A stretch of DNA of 49,933 nt, counting the filler, from Trypethelium eluteriae (taxonomy: Eukaryota): the NCBI GenBank assembly GCA_051942245.1. It is 2 parts of 2 records of this genome, joined end to end, with 100 filler letters (N's around TTAATTAATTAA, not from the genome) between each part and the next. Parts side by side here need not be neighbours in the genome. Positions count along the whole stretch, not along the records: positions 25,029 to 49,933 come from JAVECL010000389.1; 1 more part is not named here. One strand, given 5' to 3'. The notes below the pieces were generated by a model. That model was given only the letters and a program-made list of their open reading frames with translations, was not told the DNA's origin and ran no database searches. A program made the position numbers and the translations under genes. Shown here piece after piece: positions 24,929 through 36,306 of the stretch (position 1 is the stretch's first letter; each line of letters opens with the position of its first letter).

Positions 24929-25028
24929 NNNNNNNNNNNNNNNNNNNNNNNNNNNNNNNNNNNNNNNNNNNNTTAATTAATTAANNNNNNNNNNNNNNNN
25001 NNNNNNNNNNNNNNNNNNNNNNNNNNNN
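24929..25028. other. Assembly gap / artificial contig linker
   Basis: 44 N + TTAATTAATTAA (24973-24984, stops in all six frames) + 44 N, exactly 100 nt. Confidence 0.97.
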
Positions 25029-26983
25029 CCTCCTCCCTCCTCCTGCTCCCCGGCCGCCCCACGTCTCTCCGCCGCCCTCGGCGCCGCACGATCCACATTA
25101 TCCTCCGGCATCGTCGCCACAAGCGGCTGCCGATCCCGATACTGCTCACGAGCCCGCACGCTCGCCGGCACGCGACCAGTCGCCGCGGATGGCGTTGTAT
25201 TCGACGAGTTACGCGTCGCAGGGCTGGCGTCGCGCGAGGTGAGGCCTAGCGCGCTGGAGCGGTGGGGCGTGGCGTTGAGCTCGCGCTCGATGAGGGCGCG
25301 ACCTTCGCGCCAGCCGCCCGTGCCGTAGCCAGCGGCGTTGGGGTCGTTGGCGCTGTTGTTGTCTTCTTCCTCGAGGCTGCTCCAGCCGATGACTTTGGGG
25401 ATGCGGCCGTAGAGGTTGAAGGTTGCGGCGAGGACGGGGAGGAGGATGAAGATGGGGAACCATTGGGAGAAGCCGGAGCCGAGCGGGGTGAGGTTGATGA
25501 GGCGGCCGAGGAAGGTGTAGAAGGTGGTGGATTTGTAGACGGAGGGGGGGAGCAGGGTGATGAAGTTGTAGGAGAGGGGGACGGTGAGCTTGGCGACTTG
25601 GTAGCTGTACCAGGAGGCGCTTTCGGGGTAGGTGTGCCGCACGACGAGGGCTCGGTTGCCCCAGACTTTGGCGGTGGAGACGGTGTGCAGGGCGGAGATG
25701 CACATGTAGCAAATCCATGCTGCTGCGATGACTTGGCCGCCGAAGTTGACGTTGTCGGAAGGAGAAACGGTCAATGTAATGAGAGAGAGCTTGTGCCAGA
25801 TAGGTGTCGTCACTTCAGACCACACAATAGCTATCGAGGCAAGCGCGAGAAAGCCTCCCAAGGCAATGCGAAGAGATGGAATAACGTGCCTATGTAGGAG
25901 GTAGCGCAAATACGGCGTGAGGATAGTAAACCCTCGCTTTGAACGGCCAGGTACGACCGAGCGCTCAAACTCAAGACGTTTGGAGGCTGACGAATTGAGA
26001 ATGGCTTGCGCATCCGAAGCATCGCTAATGAGATGCGCCCATTCGTTTTCGAAGCGCGCTTTCTTGTGACGTGCACGCTTCAATTTGCGGGTGAGATCCG
26101 CAAGATAACGCTCTGTGACAACAGCTGGTACGTTCGAACGAGAAGTGTCACTTGCTGCGGACAAGCGCGATTCTGGCAGCGCCGATGTTTCTACGAGATC
26201 TTCAATCCAATCCTGAAAATCGCGCGAGAGTGCCATCCTCTTTTGCCTTAGCTGCATAACCTGAGACTCCAGTCCGTCAAGTTCATCCATGGCCTCGGTC
26301 AGTTTGTCATTGACCTTCGGTGCTCGAGCCTGCAATCTTCGGAGCCTCTCAGCAGTATTTGCGTTTTGAATTAGTCGCCGAGGTAGCGCAACCAGCCCAT
26401 GTCCCATCAAGTATATGGCCAAGATCAATCCCCAAGCATACGCAAGCGCCATGACCAAAGCTTTTGGGCTATTCGTATGGAATCCATATTCGATATAGAG
26501 GTAAACAGCAGCAACTATACCGGATACCAAATACATTAATTGGAATCGTCCGTTCGATCGCAGGGAGTACAGAAGGCGACTTTTGATATCGCGGTAGCCC
26601 GAATCCACATATTCGCCAAGTAGTGGGAGTATGAACCTACAAGGACTATCAGCACGATCCATGGCGAAGTTGGGAACTTCATTGACATACCACGTCAAAC
26701 AGAACGTAAGCCAGTAGCATATTCTCCATGCAACAAGGACTACTCTTGAGGGAAGCCAAACCCCCCTTGAAGCTCCACTGCCCTCGGAAACGCTAGACGA
26801 GAGGTCGATAGGTACGAGGAGAATGATACTGCAGGGAAGGGCGATGGCAAGGAAAACGGGAGTGAGTAGATAAGCAGGCGCAGTCCGCAGAGGGACATAA
26901 TGTCTTAGGAGGAGTAGTACCAAGAGGGATATTACGAAGATAGCAGCAATAGCAAAGATGTCAGAACCTACGGAGGAGCTCAT
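25029..26983 (-). CDS. LMBR1-domain membrane protein (LMBRD2-like); 3' end lost in the gap; intron 26637-26690
   Basis: N-terminal TM helices, LLVPIDL, ILPLLGEYVDSGY, MALAYAWGLILAIYLMGHGLVALPR, a coiled-coil loop, then LTVPLSYNF and FLGRLINLTPLG. The ORF runs into the Ns. Confidence 0.9.
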
Positions 26984-27426
26984 GACGAATGAGTAGTGTA
27001 AATTAGATAAGGGAAATTAACGAAGCATAGTATTTGAAAGCAACTTGGTTCGAGGACCAGCAAAACGGAAGCTTGGTGTTGGTAGAGTGAAACGTGGAGA
27101 TCAATATGAGTGTAGGTTCGTAGGTAATACGCAAACTTCCACTTGGCGTCGAGAGTCGAGACGAATGACGCAGCACCGTCAAACCCCGAAGTCACGCCGA
27201 AGGGTTTTATCGGTCTGCGAGGCTCCGATGCTCCGTTAGTCTGATCTTGCGGCCTGAGGCTGATTACTCAAATGGCCGTGATCGCATCACTAAGTACTTT
27301 TATTTGCAATCCCCGCCGCCACCAGAGTCGAATCTTGTCGCCAGTTCAATTTGCATAAGAAACCAATTGCCCACCATTTCGTTCCTACGCCGCTTTTTCT
27401 TCACTCGCCCGCCGAGCCCCGCAACC

Positions 27427-27842
<416 letters not shown>

Positions 27843-27957
27843 GCTAATTATTGGGCCCGTGGGACCACTGGACGGTAGTACACCCACAGATATTCGATAC
27901 CCGAATTGAATGGAGATGATCTGTTTTCATCAATTATACAGTGAACATTGTTACACA

Positions 27958-29214
27958 TCAACTGATCCTCGTCTCTACTGTGCCGACAGGGCGTTCAACA
28001 AACGCCATGACGCCATCCACGATGCCTTCCCTTGCGCCCTCGCTGCTGACGTTCTTACCTGCTAAATATCCCATCCATACAAGCCTTGCAACCCGCTCAT
28101 CATCTACGCTCCCCATGGCTTGATACGCTCCTTTCCCTTCCTTTTCCTGATAAAGCGCTGCCAGCTTCCCCTTCTCATCTCTCGTTAGAAGCAAGACCGA
28201 TCCCTTTGGAGCCTTGCCCTTTCCACCAAATACAGACTTGAAATTCTTCATTGCAAGTCCAAATTGTTCGTCCTCGTATGACTGATCACCTCGCTTTGTC
28301 GCTTCTTGTGTCCTAGCCGTAATGCCCCTCACCCATCCATCCCTCAGATGCGCAAAGTCCGTATTCCGCGTTGGAACTATCCTGATAGCTGTCCGGATGC
28401 CACTGTCCTTTAGTAGTGTCTCCCACAATACCCTTCCCTCTTCCGGATCTACCAGCTTCTGCCTCAATTGAGTTTTTTCCATTGGCACCAGTGCTGTTGC
28501 TACGGGATCCACCTGACGGATCATAGCCGATTGCAAGACACCGATGTCCGTCGTACGAACGTACATGCCGACAACATAGACCTGTATGCTGAGGAAGCTG
28601 ACGGTGCGAATCCCTAATCCTACCAGTGTGTATTCGTCGTCGGTCACGTTGGTAGAACCGGCGATCTGGTTCTGCTCGGGGATGTGAATTGTCTTGGGAA
28701 AGTGCGGGATCGTCGATGTCCCCGTCTCGACGAGCTCCACCTCGGCGCCGGTGGGACTGTCTGGATCTTCGGCGAGGACCTTGCCACCGGGAATGACATG
28801 TACAGGTTTGCCAGCGAAGGTCTCGGTAGCTTTGCTGCTGCTATCTGCATTTTCCCGTGGTATCAGAGAGCGTCTGGATTCTGGTGTGGTTTTGTTGGTC
28901 TTTGAGGTGTCGGGTGGGGGAATGTCGGCATTGTAGAAGATGATGACGGGAATGATCATGCAAGCGACTGCTCCTGCAAACATGAATTTGTTGCGCCGCA
29001 CATGATACGCGCGTTGAGTAGCTTCGCGACGGTGGAATGCCACGGGATCTATGGGATTGCGAAGTCTGCCATCGGAGACTCGGTCGAAGGAGCGGAGAGA
29101 CGGTGAGAAGATGCTGCGTGACTGCTGCACGTTTGGTGAGAAACGAGTATGGTTTTTGCAGACGAACGTGCCGCGTGGTATTGCCAATCGAGCAGCAATA
29201 TTTGGTGGATTCAT
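27958..29214 (-). CDS. AIM18: Mitochondrial chalcone-isomerase-like protein (Aim18/Aim46 family)
   Basis: Arg-rich presequence and a TM segment, then YTLVGLGIRTVSFLSIQVYVVGMY, RIVPTRNTDFAHLRDGWVR and YLAGKNVSSEGAR. The first ATG is at 29214; the ORF track starts at an upstream TTG. Confidence 0.88.
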   Translation of the reverse strand: MNPPNIAARLAIPRGTFVCKNHTRFSPNVQQSRSIFSPSLRSFDRVSDGRLRNPIDPVAFHRREATQRAYHVRRNKFMFAGAVACMIIPVIIFYNADIPPPDTSKTNKTTPESRRSLIPRENADSSSKATETFAGKPVHVIPGGKVLAEDPDSPTGAEVELVETGTSTIPHFPKTIHIPEQNQIAGSTNVTDDEYTLVGLGIRTVSFLSIQVYVVGMYVRTTDIGVLQSAMIRQVDPVATALVPMEKTQLRQKLVDPEEGRVLWETLLKDSGIRTAIRIVPTRNTDFAHLRDGWVRGITARTQEATKRGDQSYEDEQFGLAMKNFKSVFGGKGKAPKGSVLLLTRDEKGKLAALYQEKEGKGAYQAMGSVDDERVARLVWMGYLAGKNVSSEGAREGIVDGVMAFVERPVGTVETRIS

Positions 29215-29860
29215 TGCAACTGAAAGAGTTGGAGACAATGCTGGGCTCGTTTACAAGTACTCCGTAGAGAGACGGATATGAAGAACGTAGGAGGTATGAT
29301 GGCATTCATAGCTTGCATGTCCGATGCGGAGGAAACCCCTGGTGTTCCGCCGCAACAAGGACCTCAAGATGTCTACACAGCTCTTTCGGCACTGGCATTT
29401 TATTAATGCGAGATGTACTGCTCTACAGACGAATTCCAAGTTCTAGGCGGCTATCGAGTGAGCGATTATGAATGTTCTGAACTCAGTTTACACGAAGGTT
29501 GGACCTATCCAATAGGAGACTCTCAGCACCCAGACCTTTCTGAGGCCAACCCGACTGTCGAATAAATACATGCTACTACTTGGTCACTAAGCAAATCGTC
29601 GAAAGGTCGTTAAGAGTAGCTCCTGACCTCCGTGAGACACATTAAAGACTACTCAACATCCTACATCCAGTGGTGCTACAGGCGACTGGCTTTCTCCGGC
29701 TTTCCGTGCGTCCTCTGTCTGCCGGTCAGCATCGAACCCACCTCTAGTGTTCCATTTCAGAGGAACTGCGAGTTGGACACTGGTGAGTCTGGTAATAAAG
29801 TCCTCTTGCAGTCCGTAGGAACGGATACGATGACTTTGATGTTTTGATCAGGGGCTCATT

Positions 29861-29917
29861 TTGCTTACTGGCTATTAGTTGCTTACTAGTAAGCTTTGCA
29901 AACGGTGAAGTAAGCAA
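29861..29917. promoter_or_regulatory. Cluster of four (TT)GCTTACT motifs, including the palindrome GCTTACTAGTAAGC, in the AIM18/arylsulfatase divergent intergenic region
   Basis: ttgcttact at 29861 and 29879, palindrome at 29881-29894, agtaagcaa at 29909-29917. Regulatory function is inferred only. Confidence 0.45.
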
Positions 29918-30462
29918 TTGCTAAAAAGCGTTACTTGTCGGAAAATCGCTCTCTTTACTTCTTTTGGTGATCAGGTGTGGCAGTAATTAGCAAACTCGTA
30001 TCTTCGACATGTATCCAATTGGAGGCGAATACAAAATTACACCAATCCAGCAGCGCTGCTCTATGCTATGTGTTAATGAGCTGGCCTCTACTTTCACAGA
30101 CCTTCCTTGATTCTGATCTTTCTAGCTTCAGAGAAACCTTCTATATTCAGCTTGAGAGAGCCTATGATACGTAGCGGAAGACCCCCTTCACTGCCACGGA
30201 GCATCCTTCAAAGGATCCCTGTGGCCTCTGGACTCAAGCTTCCTGATCCTGCTGAGATGTCCGAAACAACGCCTCGTTAGATTTTTAGAATATTTGAGTG
30301 CTTGCTCCTAATGATGCCTCGAAAAGGCGCACAACACGTCGCATGAAAGGACATCCAAGCTATATGATAGCTCAACTGGGCAAGTTCCCCGGCACTTTTC
30401 ATATTCAGGTCTCTTCTTAATTCTCCCCCAACTATCTTTCTTATTTTTTCATCGCTATAAAG

Positions 30463-32597
30463 ATGCGCAATCTTCACGAGTGCATTGGCCTTGCGACCTT
30501 GACATCTCTTGCTCTTGCTGCTGCGGCGTCGTCAAACCACCCAAACATCGTCTTCATTCTTACCGATGATCAAGATGCCCGCATGAACTCCTTGGATTAC
30601 ATGCCGAAAGTCCAGAAGTATTTGACAAATGAGGGCACACAATTCCAGAAACACTACGCTCATGTTGCTCTATGTTGTCCATCTCGGGTCACGCTTTGGA
30701 CGGGCCAGCATGCGGTGCGTAAAGACACCCTGCTGAAAGAGCATTGATGACCGGCGTTGCTAACTTTACTAGCACAATACGAACGTAACAGATGTGGGTG
30801 GAATTGGAGGAGGCTGGCCTCAAGTCCAAGCAATGGGACTGTGGAATAAATACTTGCCTGTATGGCTACAAGAAGCAGGCTACAGCACTTATTACACTGG
30901 CAAGCTCTATAACGCTCACACTCTGACAAACTACTGCCGCGACAACAGATGTGCTGCAGGGTGGGATGTTTCCGTACGTGGTCAATCTCAATGTGCTGTC
31001 CAACTTGTCGCTTGCTAATGCTCCAACGTCATTAAGGACTTTTTGCTGGACCCAACCACCTACAGTTATTACGGTTCTAGCTACCAGCATAGTGAAGGTA
31101 ACGACCATCTGGCTCCACGCAAAGTCCCAGGGTACAGCACCGACATCATTAGCAACTACGCCCTGGGTTATTTGGATCGTGCCCTCAACCAGACTGGCAA
31201 GCCATTCTTCGTTGGCATAGCACCAATAGCTCCGCACACATCGGTGAATGGTAAGGCTGCAGATGGCTCAAACTCTAACGGAGGGCCCATCCCGGCAGCC
31301 AAATACGAAAACGTCTTCACGAATCTGACTGTTCCACGAACAGAAAACTTCAATCCGGACAAGGTAGGGGTTTCTCATCAGCAGTTCATCTCCTGAGAGG
31401 ATCTTGTCTTGTGAATAGCGAGCCACGGCTAACCGCTGACAGAAATCCGGTGTTAACAAAATTTGGGACCTCCCGAAGTTGACGGACGACAATGTGCACT
31501 ACCTTGATGGATTCTATCAACGTCGCATCCAGGCGCTCCAGTCAGTGGATGACCTCGTCGAGAGAGTTGTCCAGCGACTCGACAAAGCCGGTGTTCTTGA
31601 TAATACGTACATCATCTACACCGCGGACAATGGCTATCACATTGGCCAACATCGCCTGCAAGCCGGCAAGAAATGTCACTTTGAAGAAGACATCAACGTA
31701 CCCATGATTATGCGCGGGCCTAAGATTCAAAAGGGTGGTAGCACAGATATGGTCACAGCACATGTCGATCTCGCTCCTACAATTTTCAACATGGCAGGTA
31801 TCAAGCCACGCGACGAATTTGATGGTAGTGGGCTTCCTCTGCCACTTCAGAACCCGGATGATTTTAACCGCGCGAAGAATATCAGAGGCGAGCAAGTCAA
31901 TATCGAATTTTGGGGACTCTGGTCGCAGGAAGGCAATTATAGTAAGCCCAGATGATGCGAAACAGTAAGGAGAAGATACTGACTCCAAGTCGCAGGTCAA
32001 AAGATAGCGCAAGAGATCGATGCGGCCAAGGCCATCAACACGTACAAGGCTGTGCGGGTGGAAGGAGGCAACTACAGCCTCTTATATTCGGTCTGGTGTG
32101 TGAACGCTTCGCACGAACTCTATGATATGACGGTCAGATTTTCCCTTCCGTAGCGAGTCCAGAAAGTCCAGAGACCTGCAGTTCTAATGATGTCTCAGAC
32201 CAATTCTGCTCAGATGAACAATCTCCACCCTGACGCCCCGGTACAGCCGGGTGCACAAGGCAACGCATACCACATGGGAAATACGACTCTATTGGGAAGA
32301 CCGACTATAGACATTATTAATCGCCTTGATGCGTTAGTGCTGGTGCTCAAGACATGCAAAGGCATCCAATGTACATCACCTTGGAAGCAGCTTCATCCAG
32401 ACGGGTCGGTCAGCAACCTCCAAGATGCAGTCGATCCAAAGTATGACCAACAGTACAAAGGCTATCCAAAAGTCGCCTTCGAGCATTGCTACGAAGATGC
32501 GCGATACGATCCTCAGTCCGAAGGACCGCTTTGGAATGGAACGCAGCACCCACAGCTGCTCGTGAGGGACGGTCTGAGTTGGGACACTTGGGTCTGA
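30463..32597 (+). CDS. Secreted arylsulfatase (formylglycine-dependent sulfatase); introns 30715-30772, 30974-31036, 31364-31442, 31942-31995, 32133-32198
   Basis: Signal peptide, PNIVFILTDDQD, CxPxR motif ALCCPSRVTLWTGQHAHNTN, YTGKLYN, PIAPH, YTADNGYHIGQHRL..GKKC..EEDINVP, NTYKAVR, RLDALVLVLKTCKG..C..PW. Confidence 0.95.
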
Positions 32598-33014
32598 AGG
32601 ATTCAGTGATTTCATCCGCCAACAGATAGGAGAGACTTTCTTTAAACTTTGCACGATAGTTGAGATGCTCGATGTCTTTGGCGATAGCTTTGGTGTGATT
32701 GTATGTGCCTCTGCGTGTTGGAGTGATCTATAGAAGTGATCGATGATTACAAGAGGCTGTGACGCACAAATCACATGCGATTGAAGTCCACGCGCCTATA
32801 AATATTCGCAGTGAAGATATCCTTCACTTAGAATTTTACTACGGCAATCCGTCTAGAAAATCCAGATCGTTCAAATACCATGGATAGATTCGTGATCGGG
32901 ACTCCAGATTACTGGCCGTCCAGAAGCGTATAGACCGATGCCCTTCAAACATTGTAGGAAAGTCAAACTGACCTTGTTCACCAGAATTCCGAGGCCAGCT
33001 CCCTAGAGCAGCCG

Positions 33015-33916
33015 ATGGCACACGAGGTCGCCTCTGAGACACCTTGTCCCGCGCCCAGAGTAGAGCGACGGCGAGTCAAAGTCGAGGACAACGGGCCAAA
33101 TACCGAAGTCCTCGACGACTTCGACCACGCCGTCTGGCCGGGATTGTGCCATCAGGCGTACTCCATGGGGGTATGGCCGAAATCGAGCTTCCGGCCAAAG
33201 TCAAAGTTCCTCGACCTCAATGCCGCATACGATGACAAGTATATATTTGCGGCATTGAGGGACGGAGTGAGGGATGTTGTATGCTGATGCTCCCCATGTG
33301 AAAACGACGAAATATGGTTGACTTTGACATCTAGTGGCTCGAACTGCATAGGAGGCACCCGGTCACGTATATCAACGCCATTGCCTACTGGACATTACGA
33401 GAGGAGCGACCGACCGAAGAGCCCTCATCCAGTGGCGGCCTCGAGATCACGAAGATTTTCGACCTCATAATCAAATATGAGGATCACAGCGGAGGTGTGT
33501 GACTTTGCTTCTCATTCTAACCCACTCTTTCCGGGCGGGTACCAGGAGTATTGTTGAACCAAAAGGAACGAACCCTGTGGTCCTTTTTGGCTACGTCACA
33601 ATATCTGACAGGTATGCCGTCACACGATGGAAACTCATGAAGAGCAGCCAAGCGGAAACACATTTTCACGACGGTCGAACGCAAGGAACCGGTTCAGATG
33701 CATCATCTACCATTACTCGAGGCTCGAGCACGCCAGGATGAACGAGCGAAGCTTAAAGCCGTCACGGACGAGCACTTCGCTGCCGCCGAATCTTCACTTG
33801 CAAAAGCTCAGGAGACCATACGGGTTATGAACCGCCAGATGGCCAAGTACTTGGGCAACACAGAGACGAACCTTAGAGGTCATGACGCGATATCCGGCGC
33901 AGAATCGGAGCAGTGA
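33015..33916 (+). CDS. Unidentified multi-exon gene with a coiled-coil-like C-terminus; in-frame TGA at 33638 (pseudogene, or a 36-nt intron)
   Basis: Introns 33279-33334 (GTATGC...TAG) and 33495-33545 (GTGTGT...CTAAC...CAG) join 33015 ATG in frame with ORF 33698-33916. No family recognised. Confidence 0.5.
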
Positions 33917-34359
33917 TACGATGTTCTTCGGGAGACTGCCGTGCGGCACCCCACAAAAATTCAAAATCCGACTGGGGGTTGCCGCATCTGACCTTCCAGA
34001 ACACGGCAAGCTTTCCTCGACTGTGTGGCAAATGGCCGCCGCAGATTGTCGGTCAGCACCGACGCAAACCCCTCTCAAATGTAACGCAATTTTCATGCTA
34101 GTGACTAGAAATGGACTTCGGCGAGATAGTGGGACCCTGCAGGGCAAAATAGGCACGCGACAATGTACCTACTGTTATCTGCCCCTTCTAGACTCGACTC
34201 TGCCTGGATTATCATCGCCCAGGCAAGTTTTTCATGGTATCTCAACCGGGAAGCATGAGTGCTTGAAACGTGATCAACTTCTGCAACGACCGAGAATGTA
34301 CTGTTCGTAGCAGAACAAGCCCCGTTCACACTGATATTCCATATTGCCGAATAGGCGTC

Positions 34360-36155
34360 ATGGCAACGCTGAACGATACTCTTGAGCGGAGATGGAGAGC
34401 TCTCTCACACGCCTTTGCCAGTCCGTCAGCGTTTCTGAACTTCATCCGGACTGATGACACGGATCTCGACAAGCATGGTCATCCAGGCCAAAGATCCTCA
34501 TGGAGCAATGAAGATCTGGATCCCACGCCGCCAGAGAAACGGACATGGCGATGGTGGAACTACTGCACCTTCTACTTCTCAGTCTCGTTTGGCAATTGGA
34601 CTTTGGGATCTACTATGATTGGTATTGGCTTGAATTGGTGGCAGTCCATCCTCGTCATCTTTCTTTCGCAGCTCATCTCATCTGTGGCCATGCTTTTCAA
34701 CTCACGATGTGCAAGCGTGTACCATATTGGGTACCCTGTAGTCGCACGGTCAGTGTTTGGCATGTGGGGAAGTTACTATTATGTCGGAGCGCGCGCTTTT
34801 CTTGCTGTCATATGGTATAGCCTACAATGTAAGGATATTGGCTGTCATCTCGCTCCAATGCTGATATCGTCGCAGTATACCAAGGAGGTGCTCTAATGGG
34901 AAACGCGCTTCAGGCCATCTTTGGGCACAACTATACCGACATTCCCAACCACATCCCTCTATCAGTAGGCATCACCTCCGCCGGAATGCTCTCCTTCTTC
35001 CTCTTCTGGTGTGTCCACTTTCCATTCTGTGCTTTCCGCCCGTACCAGCTCCGCAAGTTCTTCTGGTTCAAGGCCAGCATTATGCTTCCCGCCACATGGG
35101 GTCTTTTCATCTTCTGCATGGCCAACACGAAAGGCAACCTAGGCCCGCTCCACAAACTCAACTCAAACGGATCCACCAGCAGCATCTGGGGCTGGTTCTT
35201 CGTGTACGCGATCAACAGCGGTATGGGCAATACCGCCTCGCTGATCACGAACCAACCCGACATCGCCCGATGGAGCAAGACCAAGTCCGGTGCCATGTAC
35301 ACCAACCTCATCGTCAACCCCCTCGCCATCACGCTCTCAGCTTCACTGGGCATTCTATCGACGGCGGCTATCAACAATTCTTGGGGCCTTCAGCTTTGGA
35401 ACCAGTGGGATCTCCTCTCCGCCATCATGGACCGATATTGGTCGGCGGGGACCCGCACCGCCGTCTTCCTCTGCGCCTGCTGCTGGATGGTCTCGATCCT
35501 TGGCACCAACATTGCCGCGAATATGATACCCTTCGGTGCAGACAGTAGCATGCTGTTCCCCCGCTATATCACCATTCCACGCGGCCAGTACATTGTTGAA
35601 TTCCTCGGCTTTGCCATTTGCCCGTGGAAGATCCTCAAGAGCGCAGACACGTTCACAACCTTTTTGAGTGGGTATGGATTATTCATGGCTAGCGTGGTGG
35701 CAATTATGGTATGTGACTATTGGCTTCTAACAAGAGGAAACGTATTCATTGGGCATTGTTACGATGGAAGCAAAAACAATAGACATTATTACTATGACTG
35801 GGGATGGAATCTGCAGGCGTTGCTCGCATATTTGGTAGGGATTGCGCTTCCTTTCCCGGGCTTCGTGGGCTCCCTAGGAGCAAATGTGTCGTCTGCCGCA
35901 ACGGATCTGGGTCATCTGGGTTGGATGCTGAGTTTTACAGTCTCGTTTGTAATATACTGGGTATTGTGCAAGATCTGGCCCACACAGAACCAGAAGATCA
36001 TTAGAGAAATGGAGTTAGGATGGGAACAGATGGGAGGAGAGGAATTATACGCTGAAGATGGTACTTTGATCCGAGAAACCGGTGGGGCTGTCATCGCTGA
36101 GCAGGAGACGAAGCAACCGTACGCAAGGGAAGAGGAAGACGAACTGAAAGTTTAG
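34360..36155 (+). CDS. NCS1-family nucleobase/allantoin permease (Fur4/Dal4-like); intron 34829-34875
   Basis: WSNEDLDPTPPEKRTWRWWNY, GLNWWQS, YHIGYPVVARSVFGMWG, NQPDIARW, GTNIAANMIPFGAD, PWKIL, FTTFLSGY, MVCDYW. Confidence 0.95.
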
Positions 36156-36306
36156 TCATGAGAGAAATAGATTCCATTTAAATCGGCAGATAAATACGTC
36201 CAGGATATCACCATTTGTAGTCCTACCAGACCAGCCTAAGAAACTCCACACGGGACCAGCACCAGACTCCTTGATTACAAATAACAAAATCAGACCGAAG
36301 AAGATG

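Noticed and set aside
24973..24984. TTAATTAATTAA as a transposon footprint or biological palindrome
   Set aside because: Symmetrically flanked by 44 Ns on each side; it is a synthetic six-frame-stop linker.
31942..31995. Two GTAAG donors in arylsulfatase intron 4 suggesting a nested (stwintron) intron
   Set aside because: A single GTAAGC...CTGAC...CAG excision restores the frame; no internal branch/acceptor pair is needed.
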